In this document: piece by piece, positions 53,301-64,000 of the stretch
Layout: each line of letters starts with the position of its first letter
How positions within the stretch are numbered: position 1 is the stretch's first letter
Assembly (NCBI GenBank): GCA_964187785.1
Contig: OZ076409.1
Location: forward strand, 4,900,001-4,964,000
Source of the DNA: Amphiscolops sp. MND2022
Lineage: Eukaryota
Direction: 5' to 3'
DNA: 64,000 nt
The notes under the pieces: generated by a model
What the model was told of the DNA's origin: nothing
Seen by the model: only the letters and a program-made list of their open reading frames with translations
The model's database searches: none
Position numbers and translations under genes: made by a program

Positions 53301-56300
53301 CATTTGTTCAACATCTTACTTAGCCGAGGTATACCCGGATATTACTTCGAATATATTTTTTCAAAGTTCCCATGGTTCAAAGTTTGGATATAACGTTTTC
53401 AAAGTTCGGATGTTCGGATATAACGTTTTCAAAGTTCCGACATAACTTTTTTTTCGGCATTGAGACTCAGTTTTTTGGGCATTGAGACTTTTCAAAAATT
53501 TTTTTTCACCAAAAGTGCCCCTCCAATTTTTTTGACGATTTTCGACAGAATGGATGAAAAATCTAAAAGTGTCCCCTTTGGTGCGCCAATTCGGTTCAAC
53601 TTTTGGTTTTTTTTTTGGGTGCCGTAGAAGAGAATACTTTGACACTTTTAAGTCCTTTTGCTGTTTTTGAGTCCTAGATATGGGGTCGACTTGGGCCGTT
53701 TCCGGCTTGTTTATTGTTGGTATTTTTTAAATGTATACGCTTACATCCATACTTTGCATGTATAGGCTTACGTGCACTGACCGTCAGTCGTACTTTATAC
53801 GCTTGCAAAACTCAATCACGCGTTGTGAAAAGCTTCCGATTGCTAGAAATTGAGAACACATCGAGCCTCAAATTGTCGAAAATTTAAGAACATAAGAACT
53901 TCTTGAGTCTCATTTTGTCGGATATTTAAGAACACTTGAGCCTCGATTTGTAGGTAGTGTTCTTATAAAAAAACTGGGTGCAATAGTCGCTTTTATAAAA
54001 TGATTCTTAGGATCTCTTCTGTTGATTCAACCCCCCTCCCCCACCGTTATAATCCCCAGTGAAGCGGTCAAGTGACGGAATTATTGATTTAATAGTAACG
54101 ACCAATCAAATTACAGTTTTTTATAACTCTAACTGCAACTGAAACTCATCGCTGATACTGGGGGGTTGATGAACAGAAAAGGTCCGATTTTTATTCGAAA
54201 ACGAAAGTTTTACCATCAACACATACCAGCATCCTGGGGAGATTTGGGGACAAGACAACTTTTTTCTAATTGTTATCAAAATATTTTTTCATTTTTTTTG
54301 GAAAATCAGAAAGCGCAAATTTGATTCAATTTTGTTGAAATTTGTAATTTTACTCGCAAAGACGAAAAGCCACTATTTTATGTAGCGACGACCAGAACGA
54401 CATCAGGTAAGTGTTTTCTATGGTCTGTAAAGTCCCGTCAAAGACTAAAGTACTGATTTCATTGAAAAGAACATAGCAATGGCTACTTAACGTCTCACAC
54501 GAGCATTTCCAAAATATCAATTTTTAGATTTGTATTTCTGACCCATTACACTTTTTGATTTCAAAATAATTTTGACAGAAAATTTCTCCCGAATATTTCG
54601 AGTCTGACAATATAATTTTTTCTCAAAAATGTAAATTGTATGAGTATGAGCTTGCTTCAAGTTGTTAAATTTCAAGGTGGTAGCTTATCATGTGTTTTCA
54701 AAAGGCCTAAGTTTGCTGCTTATTTTTTCTAGATTTTAGAACGATTTTCAAATCAAAACATCGGGCTTCAGTAAAATCAGATGCATTGAACATGAAATGT
54801 TTCACACATTTTGAGCAAAAGTAGATCAAAAGTGAGAAAAACCTCAATTTTGACCTAAATTTGGATAAAAATGGCCTATCGTAACTTTTCATCGAATAAT
54901 TTTCAAAAAATATTAGTAAACTAGAAAAAATGTCAAACTTTTCTAGGACGGACATCTCCAAATCTCATTTAGTTGCCTGTTGGTTTCCGAATCCAATTTT
55001 TGCTGAGAAACCTGACTTCAAAAGTCTATTGTAATCGCATATAATGCCGATTGTAAGTATTTGCCAAAATTTCTCGCCTTTTTTGAGCTTTAAAAATTTT
55101 AAAGCACCGAAACTTCGTCATTGCCGGATCTTATGCTATTTTGTCGAAAACGTTGGCTAAGCACTCATTTGTCTTGTAAACAAGGCACTGGAACATTCCA
55201 TTGGCGGTCAGAATCTTCAAAAATTTACGTGTTCTTTCTTTGCACATGGCAAGAACCTATCAATCAAATGAAAACTGAGACAAATTAGGCAGTAGACATT
55301 AAAGTTTAGTTGTTGATTGGTTAATTAAGGCGTGACGCTTTTGAATAATTAAAATGGGGGTGAAATGGACACACATCAGACGTCAGCTGTACCCGGCTTG
55401 TCCGCTTTGGTTTTGCAATGACTGGATGTAGGGATGTACCGGACATCGAGTCCGGTCCGGTATCCGGCCGGATTTCAGAAAAATGCCCGGTCTGGTATCC
55501 GGCCGGTTTTTTGACGGAATTAGGCCGGACAAATATCTTTGCAAATGATGGCATATCTCAGATAGAACTGTTTGAAACTGCCAAAATTCGAACTTATGAA
55601 TCAAAAAGATCAAGTTACCATGAAAGAGCTTCAGTAGAAAAAATGAAGTGTAAAGACTGGTTGAATTGATTTATTCAACATATTCAACAAACTTTCCAGC
55701 ATTTTGATGTTGAAGAAAAATAGAATAATTTCCCCCTATTTCGGAGCAAATACCCCTTGCCCAATCCTCATTGCAGTCTTTTATTGCTTATAATTGGGGA
55801 TCATGTCCTGTCCGGCCGGTATCCGGCTCAGTTTTTTCCTGTCCGGCCGGTCGAAAATTTTCCTGTCCAGTGCACCTCTAACTGCGCCCCCAATGAAAAG
55901 CGCCGGTGTGAAAATGTCAAATCTGGCATTACCAGTGACTTAACATTTTCTTTGAACACCTTCAATTATGCTTAGCTTCATCCCTAACTTAGTGGTATGG
56001 TCAATGAAAAAATAATAACGCATTTGGCGGAGAAAAGCAAAACCAAAAAGCAACGGTGAGAAGTCAGACCTTTGTGACCTTGAGCAAGTCGCTTTGAAAC
56101 CACAGCTTCAAGTCCACCATTACTTGACCACTTGGCTGCAAACATGGTACCATAGCTTGCTATGGGGAGATAGTATCCGAAAAGCCGCCGACTTAGAAAA
56201 GCAGAACTGCTTATTCGGCGTCCACCCCGCGGTTATGGGCAAATTAACTTCTCTCTTAATTAGAGGCGGTGAAATCAACTCAAAAATTAGTAAGACGTTT

Positions 56301-59300
56301 TGCATTGGGGCGCTTTTGTCTGGTAAGTTACCAGTGGTAACCAACCTATAACTGGATGAGGTGTTTTGCAGATTGTGCCGACTCTGAGACGTGCTGCACT
56401 ACCGGAGGTGGCTCCTACGGCTGCTGCCCCATGCCCCGAGCTGTCTGCTGTTCCGACATGGTGCACTGTTGTCCGGAGGGGTACAGCTGCGAGCAGAACT
56501 ACTGCGTGCGCGCCACCAACGCTTACGACGCTTTCGAGTTCGCATTCCAAGTCGGTTAGTGTCGCCCAACCGAGAACTGCCAACCCCCCCCCCCCCCCTG
56601 AATTTTATTTTATTGGTTTTTTTGTCTTGGGAAAACTACCGTGGAAAACAATGCGTTATGCACAACGGTTTTTCATTTGTGGCCAAATATTTCATTGTTG
56701 AAAATGTAACGAATGAATATAAACCATGAAAGTCATTCACTTCATTTTTTACATCGTCGTCATTTTCACACAATATATTTTGATTTGAAAAAGGTTAAAA
56801 GTACCAAACAAATTGAACAGTCAGAAACTAGACCATAAACAACTGAAAAAAAGTGTCTGAAAAAACAGGAAAAACTGTTTTTTTCTTAATCGTTTTATTC
56901 ATGTTTTCTTGTTTTATTCATGATTAATACTTTTTAACAACCTTGCAGACCTTACGTCATAAGTTCTGTAGTGTGTAGTAATCAGTTATGGTCATTTGAA
57001 TATTGGAAATTTAAATTTCAATTGATTTAAAAATGCTGGTAATATTGAGCAATTCAAATGGCCAATTTGAATGTAAATATTGAAGAAATGTATTGTTTTG
57101 CACAAATTTTGAAAGCGTATAATAACGGCAGTAAATCGTTGTGAATTCGCTCCTCGCGTGTCGGAATAGCAGCGGTCGGAACAGTTGAGAAAATAGCAGC
57201 AGCAGCTATTGGTGTTTGGCGAACCCTCGCGAGCGAGCAATTGCCGAAGGAGACTCCTTCTGAAAATCTATTTCTTTCACAGAGAGCCAAAAGACCACCT
57301 AATCAGCGTTATAACCATCAAACGTGTTGGACCTTCAAAAATTTATTTCCCTGTCCAATTTAAATTTCAATTAATATTTTTGCTCAATTCAAATTTCAAT
57401 TGAAAAAAAATTAAATGATCATCACAGTGTGTAGTTTTTTGCTAAATTGGTTGCGATGAGTAAAGAACCATAGTAATTTGACACGATGCCCTATCAAAAG
57501 GTGGATATTTGTTCAGACCTTCAACAGAAAACGGCGTCCATGCCAAGATCCAGACGTCAGGCTGAAGCCGAACAAGAACAGCCGGTAAGGAAACAGCATT
57601 TCGTATCATTTCAAGTGTCATTCCGTTATGAGAATTATGGGCCCACCACTCTTATAAGGCCTTTTCGTCGATTTTTTTCCTCATTGATTCTAACTCATTG
57701 ATTTCAACTTGGCTTCAGAGGGCGTAGACTAGAAAAGCATCTCTTTGCTCCTTTTACGTTCTATTTGGGTTCTTTTAAATGCATCTAGGTTTTTTATAGC
57801 TAATGATGACTGATGTAGTTCTGATGACTGATGATGTTATATCTCTTGAAACAAAGGTCTTGAAGTTTAGCAACGTTGGTTAGTCATATAGGAATGAAAC
57901 GAAAATCAACAGTGACTTGAAAATCAAATATTGTTTTTTTTCAACCTTGCTTGTGAGCGCACATCAGTTTTATAGGGGAGTGTATTTCCTGTTTTTTCAG
58001 CAGCTGCCGTCGATGCAGATGTTGATGAACCTGGGCCAAATGTTTCTGACACAGATGAACTCACAAGTGTCCCAGAGCGCATGTACCGCCTGCAAACTGG
58101 TCATGAAACACCGACTATGTTAGTTTAGTCACACTCAGTTGACACCATTAGGAGGAGATTAGGGTGTCGAAATTTCATCCTGTGTAATCTCACCGGTGTC
58201 ATTCCAACCGCTCACAATTTCAACTAGAGGTGTACCGGACAACAAGTCTGGTTCGGTATCCGGCCGGATTTCAGGAAAATGTCCTGTCCGGTATCCGGCC
58301 GGACTTTTTACAATGTATAAAGTGTATAGGCATCGAAAACTGAATTTATGACCGTGAATCAAAATTCATTGAATTTATGTGGAGGAAAAATGATGTGGTA
58401 AGAGCCTGCTTCGTTTTTCGTAATCATCATTGCCCAATTCTGAAAACAGCCCTTCATTGCTTACAATTGAGGACAATCTCCGGTCCGGTCGGCATCCGGC
58501 TTCAATCAGTCCTGTCCGGTTGTCCGGCCGGACGGAAAGTTTCCTGTCCGGTGCGTGCACCTCTAATTTCAACCTTTGCATTTTTAACTTTCTGCAATTT
58601 CGACCTAAATATGGCTAATGGATCCTTACTAGTTATATAATTATTTCAGGTGGTTTTCATTTTCATTCATTCTTAATTCAAATGTGCTAGTTTTTAGGAC
58701 AGTTTGAGGTCCTTTTGGTAACGTAACCTACAAAACCGGACGAGACTAAATAGTCCGCCTTTCGATTTTTTTTCGGCACTGTGAGACTTTTTTTCCCAAA
58801 ATTTACTAATGTCTCCAAAGGGCCCCTCCTTCATCTTTTTTGATTTTTTGCAACTGAAGGGATCTGGAAAAAGCCCAAAGGGTCCCCCTTTTACAATTTT
58901 TGGCATTGTGAGATTTTTCTAAATGAATATTTTTTGTCCTCAAAAATTGTTTTCTATTCAGTTTTTAAGACCTTTGCGCATTTTGAGCCTTATATATAGC
59001 GCCGACTTTGGACGTTCCCGTCTTGTTCGAATCTGCGCCTCCTCGTTAATGAAACGCAACATAGTTCGGATATAACGTCGAAAATTCGGATATAGCACTT
59101 TACTCCGGTCAAAATTTGGGATAGCGCTTTACTCCGGTCAAAATTTCGAATAGTCTCATAGTGGAAAAATGTAAAAGGGGGGACTCATTGCGCTTGTTGA
59201 AAATCCAGTTTGTTGCGAAATAATCGAAAAAATTTGAAGGGGAAAAATCGAAAAAAGTCGCACAGTGCCGAAAATAATTGAAAGAGGGGACCCTTCAGTC

Positions 59301-62300
59301 TCGTCCGCTTTCGCAAATGCTCGAAAAAGTTTCTGACTGAAGCAGGGACTCGAACGCGCGACCGCTGGGTTCCCGTAAACCGATTAACGTCTGTACTAAA
59401 AAGTGGTACATACAGGGTGACGTCTGTGGTCTGACGAAAAAAAAAGAACAAGACGGGAACGTCTAAAGTCGGCGCTATATCTAAGGCTCAAAAAGCGCAA
59501 AATACTTTCTTTTGAAAAAAACTTGAAATTTTTGATTTTTTTCTTTCAGAAAATGTCGCATAGTGCCGAAAAATGTAAAAGGGGGGGCCCTTTGGGCTTT
59601 ATTAACATATATTCTGTTGCAAAATATCCAAAAACTTGAAAGGGGGACTCTTTTGAGACATTAAAAAATTTTCGAAAAAAGTCGTACAATGTCGAAAAAA
59701 CGGAAAGGGGGGACCCTTTAGTCTCGTCCGGTTTTGTAGGTTACGTTAAAATAGTAAAAAATGAAAGGGGGGACCCTTTTGCACTAATTTCCGCTGACCA
59801 GACTTGGCCTTATGGTAGTAGTTTTAGTAGTTTCGATTGTAAGAAAAGTGGCCCAATCAGAGTGAGATTGTAGTCTGACGAAAAAAAAACTAGCCACTGT
59901 AATTGTCGGGCACTTTTCACTAGAAAAGCGCCAATTAAAAACTAGCCACTAAAATGATTTATAGTCAAGAAAAATCCTCGTTCATTTTTGTTTCGTTCGT
60001 TGCAGACGACATGCCCTGGAACCAGGAAGACCTGTCCGTGTACGTGGCCAAACTGCAGGAGACGGTGTGCAAAGAGGCCTCGGAGCAGGGGCTGGAGTGT
60101 CCCAGTGTGGAGGGAGTGCAGGCCATTGTGGAGGCAGCCAAGGAAGGCGAGTTCGACTCCGATGACACCGAGTGTCCCATCAAAGACATGTGCTCCGGTG
60201 CCAACCCTCTGCAAACTCTGAGCACCCAGATCTCCGACGTCTTGTTAGTACAAACTACATGTTCACACTTTGTTCATGTTCGGAGGAGGGTCGGTCCGAT
60301 CAAATTTCAGTATTTTTTAACTCTAACTGCAACTGAAACTCATCGCTGATACTGGTGGGGAATTGAAATTTCCGCGCTTACAGTAATTGGGTGGCAATTA
60401 GCAGAACTATGAAAGAAAGATGATTTTGCATGTATGGATGATTTTTGATAACGTCAAGTAAATAAACAAAACGCCCGCTAAACACCGGGATTTTTTCCGC
60501 GAAAAATGTAACGCATCAACACGGGTTCGAACCCACGACCTCGTGTCTGCCAGGCAGACGTACTACCAACTGCGCCATGGCGACTAGATTTTACTAAGTA
60601 CGACATGCTGGTCAAGTGAAGGGATCAAGCAGCCGTTACAACTAGAATAGTCAAGTAATTAAAATAGTCAAGTAACTCTAGTGTTACTGGTCAAGTGAGG
60701 TGAAACTGGGAGGAAATTTGGTTGAACAAACTGAACAAAAATTTCGTCGCATTTGAGACTGTCTTGAAGAAAAAAAAGAAAAAAACGAGTGATTGTAATA
60801 GTCGGGTTCTTCTATTCTAAAAGACTACAAAGGTTGATCTCTATGATTGATGAAGGTTGCATCGTTGCTGCAGGTGTCTGATGTTTGAGCGCCTGATGAC
60901 TCGTCTGGGGGAAGAGCAGTCGTGGGAGGACATGGAGGCCTCTGTGCGCCAGTGGAGTGACGTCACCAGAGACCCCGCTGTGAAGCAGGTCATGGTCGAC
61001 TCCATCGAGAGGGCCAAACTCATGTACGGGGATGTGGATGTCGCCACAAAAGTTGTAAGTGCCACTGCGGCTGCTACTGCTCAAGCAGCTAACATCAGTA
61101 GATTTTGTTTCAAAACCAGCCAGGAACGGCCCAAGTCGGCGCCATATCTCAGGCTCAACGAATTATGTGAAATTTTAGGGAAAAATAAAAACGTTATATC
61201 CGAACTTTGAAAACGTTATATCTAACTTTGAAAACGTTACATCCGAACTTTAACTTGAAAACGTTACATCCGAACTTTGAAATGTTAAATTCGAACTGAA
61301 ATCCGGGTTGACCTCTCGGGTAAAGGTTTAACAAATGAACAAAAAAGTCGACCATTCAGAGTGAACTGAAAAAAAACTGCCCACTGTAATAGTCGGACTT
61401 TTTCCTTTAGTGCATAATATTTTAAAGGTCTCCCAATTCTGAAGAAAAGAAAAAGCAAAAGGCAACTTTTTCGGTGAAATGAAGAATTTTATAAAGGTCT
61501 CCCAATTCTTAGAAGAAAAGAGAAATTGCAACATGTAACGTTTGGTTGGAAGTACGGTTGAAGCCGAACGGTAATAATGCAGAATAAATGTATAGCAGAA
61601 CCGAACCGAATTCTTAATTGTGATGGTCGCTCCGCTCCGTTCGACAGTGAGCTTTGAATGATGAAACTATTATGTAACTTTGCACCGGTCGGGAACCGTT
61701 CAATTGGATGACCGCTCAGTTAGACGACTGTGCAATTGATCAAATTTGCACGCATTCCATTTTCAGTTCGCCCACAACTTGTAATGATTACGTAATCGGA
61801 GTCTGTCAGCGAAGATGAATCAACCAATAATATTTTAGAAACAGCTGATAGTCTTCCAATTGATCAATCGGTTAGTTGAGCGGTCGTCCAATTGAGCTAG
61901 ACTCGCACCGGTCAGAGTATATGAAAGTCAAGGCAGTAAATTGCTTATTTCGTCGCCCAATCAGATTTGAGATCGGCTTCATATTTGTTCTAGTTGTTAT
62001 GTGATAAACCTGAAATCATGACTAACTAAAAATGATTCAGTTGGCGTCCATTTAAAGCCCAAAAATGTTAAGTGTTTGAATTTAGCTAAATAGCTGTTTT
62101 TGAGAGAATTCTGAAAAATCTCACGGTGCCGAAAATCTTTTGGTTTCCTTCGAGTGGAATTGTAAAAAAAAGATCAGAGGAGAGCCCAAGCTAAAAATGT
62201 TTTAAAAGTCGGCGCTATATCTAAGGCTCAAAAAGCGCAGTTTTTAAAATATGCGTAGGACGTTTTCATGAAAAATTCCTGTTTTCGAACCTCCGCCTCC

Positions 62301-62662
62301 TCCTTACAAAAACGAAATATAGTTCAGATATAACGTCAAGAGTTCGGATATAGCGCTTTACTCCTGATACTCCGAGGGAGGGGTGACCCTTTGGAGACAA
62401 AAAAAATTTCGAAAAAAAGTTGCACAGTGCCAATAAAAATTAAAGGGGGACCCTTTAGTCTAGTCCGGTTTTGTATCTTACCTTAAAAATGGAATAAATA
62501 AAAGGGGCCCTTTGCACCAGCTTAGATGCGTTTCCGCTCGCCGGTCCAGTAGTTTAGTAGTTTTGTAAAAACTTTGAAATTGTTTCATTTTTCTTTCAGG
62601 CTCTGATCCGAGAACAAGTGTACAACTACGTGCCTGACTTGAAGAAATGCGAGAAACAGTAA
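41317..62662 (+). CDS. 12-exon prosaposin-like/granulin fusion gene, 637 aa: signal peptide-(SapA-like/SapB)x3-granulin-unassigned C-terminal region. Exons 41317-41365, 42500-42571, 44810-45033, 47156-47281, 48317-48559, 49811-49945, 50549-50785, 52790-52952, 56372-56554, 60006-60243, 60874-61054, 62600-62662
   Basis: All 11 introns GT-AG, phases 1,1,0,0,0,0,0,1,1,2,0 join into one open frame (1,914 nt incl. TAA); most exons are GC3-rich islands in AT-rich introns; saposin and granulin cysteine patterns; AATAAA at 62803-62808. Confidence 0.85.
42500..42571 (+). CDS. Exon 2, VYGQECDSLIKLTKDDDFNACVLS (reduced 2-Cys SapA-like segment)
   Basis: acceptor TTTTCAG, donor CAG|GTGAGT, 72 nt, phase 1-1. 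Confidence 0.75.
43561..44080 (-). mobile_element. HINE-like element in intron 2; further copies 45053-45589, 48611-49400 (two partial), 53211-53711, ~58715-59027, 59447-59940, 61114-61410, ~62205-62565
   Basis: AACAAGACGGGAACG..AAGTCGGCGCCATATCTAAGGCTCAAAA start, ATAGTCGG..GCGCCGACTA end, no TSD. Confidence 0.7.
44177..44381. mobile_element. hAT-like MITE; related copy 50076-50425
   Basis: CAG..CTG termini; TSDs CCAGGAAC/CCAGGAAT and perfect GTCTTAAT. Confidence 0.75.
44810..45033 (+). CDS. Exon 3, N-part of saposin B-type domain 1
   Basis: TTGCAG acceptor, CGA|GTGAGT donor; GAWNKP...DCEWTVDAL...EMCASL...QLCADTTDKYYKR. Confidence 0.9.
46822..47018. mobile_element. Tc1/mariner-type MITE
   Basis: TIR CAGTACTGTGATTAAGAAA flanked by TA. 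Confidence 0.8.
47156..47281 (+). CDS. Exon 4, end of SapB-1 and first half of SapA-like domain
   Basis: TTTAG acceptor, AAG|GTTCGT donor; VIVLLFLGVPDERIAGLLGVC...CDNAFAVCDNLKTAK. Confidence 0.88.
47767..47907. mobile_element. hAT-like MITE
   Basis: TIR CAGAGTTG(A/G)AACCGGGCC; TSD AGTATGAT/ATTATGAT. Confidence 0.7.
48317..48559 (+). CDS. Exon 5, second half of SapA-like domain and N-part of SapB-2
   Basis: SCARSKQCMQWMW...MCTECQALVSELQQML...NICERFFSNDQCEEYV; TTTTAG / GTTAGT. Confidence 0.92.
49811..49945 (+). CDS. Exon 6, end of SapB-2 and first half of next SapA-like domain
   Basis: EILMLLENDVTPVQVCSLIEMC...CEADLVTLCQNPEHAK; TTTTCAG / GTCAGT. Confidence 0.92.
50549..50785 (+). CDS. Exon 7, second half of SapA-like domain and N-part of SapB-3
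   Basis: ACELVAVC...ICEGCEALMATVKEYL...QLCQYCPEQQECENAINTYLP; CCCTAG / GTGAGT. Confidence 0.92.
50915..51050 (+). mobile_element. tRNA-derived SINE (diverged)
   Basis: A box TGGCTCAGTTGG, degenerate B box GGTTTGAATCT, tail shared with other copies. Confidence 0.65.
52666..52789 (+). mobile_element. tRNA-derived SINE abutting exon 8 acceptor
   Basis: TGGCGCAGCTGA / GGTTCGAACCC boxes; colinear with copy at 60460-60587. Confidence 0.8.
52790..52952 (+). CDS. Exon 8, end of SapB-3, linker, first Cys of granulin module
   Basis: QIIALVQNYLQPVEVCKALGLC...YAVRCPNGE; TTTAG / GTACGA, phase 0-1. Confidence 0.9.
55429..55880. mobile_element. hAT-like MITE with CCGG-rich subterminal repeats; related copy 58225-58565
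   Basis: TAG(A/G)G(G/A)TGTACCGGAC..TGCACCTCTA termini; perfect TSD ATTTCAAC at second copy. Confidence 0.75.
56372..56554 (+). CDS. Exon 9, granulin/epithelin module
   Basis: DCADSETCCTTGGGSYGCCPMPRAVCCSDMVHCCPEGYSCEQNYC; with exon 8 gives C-C-CC-CC-CC-CC-C-C; TTTTGCAG / GTTAGT. Confidence 0.93.
60006..60243 (+). CDS. Exon 10, acidic 4-Cys region of unknown family
   Basis: TTGCAG acceptor phase 1 matching exon 9 donor; GC3-rich; donor GTTAGT phase 2. Confidence 0.8.
60460..60587 (-). mobile_element. tRNA-derived SINE
   Basis: minus strand TGGCGCAGTTGGTAG and GGTTCGAACCC boxes followed by non-tRNA tail. Confidence 0.8.
60874..61054 (+). CDS. Exon 11, predicted helical region
   Basis: CTGCAG acceptor phase 2, donor GTT|GTAAGT; GC3-rich. 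Confidence 0.8.
62600..62662 (+). CDS. Exon 12, terminal coding exon ALIREQVYNYVPDLKKCEKQ*
   Basis: strong acceptor TTTTCTTTCAG, TAA, AATAAA 140 nt downstream. Confidence 0.75.
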   Translation, partial: ALIREQVYNYVPDLKKCEKQ

Positions 62663-62802
62663 TTGAGTCGTTGTCCAATCCGGGATCTTGATTTGGAACC
62701 CACGAAACTCTGCTCTGCTTCCGATTTTAATGATTCATAAATTGAAAGTCAATGTCACGCTTTGTATCTTTAACCGTCTATACATCATGGTAGTAGGTTT
62801 TA

Positions 62803-62808
62803 AATAAA
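62803..62808 (+). terminator. Putative polyadenylation signal AATAAA
   Basis: canonical hexamer downstream of stop, followed by T-rich sequence; common by chance in AT-rich DNA. Confidence 0.5.
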
Positions 62809-64000
62809 TTCAATTGATTATAATTTGAGTTATATTTTATTTAATCGGAGAAATCAAAATAATTTTTATAATTATTCTTCGCTCTTTCAACTTTCACATC
62901 CTCTCAGCTTTAGTCTTAGTTTCTACAAGCGAAAAGAGTTGAAAGTTTGTTGAAAATTTTCGCAGTTAATGAATTTTTAGGAGTCGGGAAAAATGTTCGA
63001 CTACTTATGCAATCGTTCCGGTTTTTGTCTCCCGACTTTGCAGTAAAACTTTAAAATTTCTCAGAAACTGTCCGTGCGATTTTTATAAACTTTAGCACAG
63101 TCATTCTACACCCAAAATTGCTCCTGCGTGTGCAATGGCATCAAAATCCTTTGACTGGGATCTGAGTCATTTTTGGACTTTTTTCAATTTTTTATGAAAC
63201 TGTCTATACGATTCAAACGAATCTTTAAAATCTGAGAAACATAGCTAGAATTAGTCCAAAATTGACCAAATGACAATAAAATACGTGATTTGTTTTTCAA
63301 TATTTTAATCCGTTTCCGACTCCTTCACCGCACATGCGGCTTTGGCTGTACTTGCTTTGTACATTTTTTTCGCACTTTTAACCGAAAAACTCAAGTTATT
63401 TTGGGGTCTCCCAAAATCATCGGTGAAGAAAAATTTTGTTTCTCAAGTTTGAGCATCTAGCTTTTGTTAGGTATTTACTTGATCATATTGCAATACAGAA
63501 GTGTAAATCAAAAACAGGCCGCATGAATTTATTAAATGAATTCATTGGACAGAAACAAAACTAGCTCAAAATTCGATGAAAATCAAGGGTATTCGAAAGT
63601 CGAATGAACAAACGTTAACGTACAGTTTAGTGTCACTTGAAATAAAGATTTGCAAATAATGAAGAAACTTCCTACTTTCATTATTGTATTTGATCAATTG
63701 TTCACTATTTCGATGAAATAAACGTACCTTATGTTTTAGTATGGGAGTTAAACTCATTCAGCAGATTTTTTGACAAAGATTCCGAGTTTCACATTCGAAA
63801 TAATTATCTACTGTTTATACTCCTTGACCTGAAATTAACTTTTTATTCCCAGATTCTCTAAAAGATCAATTCTCAAAATGTTTTTAAAGGCAATCTTAGT
63901 ACATTTAACTGTTGTAGTTTTGATGTAGATTGTCATGTTTCATTCACTATTGAATTCACTTTTAAATAGTCCGATTGATTTATTGACAACTTTGGGAAAA

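Noticed and set aside
58001..58119. Exon-like segment reading QLPSMQ...SACTACKLVMKH (saposin-like CxxC) with AG/GT ends
   Set aside because: 119 nt would frameshift between exon 9 (phase 1) and exon 10 (phase 1); another frame is equally open; may belong to an unrelated remnant with 57540-57585

Overview
AT-rich, repeat-dense animal (invertebrate-type) genomic DNA, not prokaryotic. Bases ~1-39,200 are almost all transposon material: degraded CRE-type and CR1/L2-type non-LTR elements, a Penelope-like fragment, MITEs, and a nested stack (17.6-39.0 kb) in which one CRE-type element is split by a minus-strand Ty3/Gypsy element and by a gag/pol-less long-LTR element, whose 3' LTR is itself hit by a second Gypsy and two foldback elements. 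Bases 41,317-62,662 hold one 12-exon + strand gene that I assembled by hand. All introns are GT-AG and phase-compatible, giving a 1,914-nt CDS (637 aa): signal peptide, three [SapA-like + SapB] saposin modules, a complete 12-Cys granulin module, and an unassigned 160-aa C-terminal region, i.e. a prosaposin-granulin fusion. Other highlights: both Gypsy elements carry an SGNH/GDSL-hydrolase-like ORF between the 5' LTR and gag; the younger one has a PBS complementary to its own LTR instead of a tRNA; and a structured ~190-bp GC-rich core is shared by foldback elements with different arms. All family assignments come from motif recognition by eye; no database searches were run.
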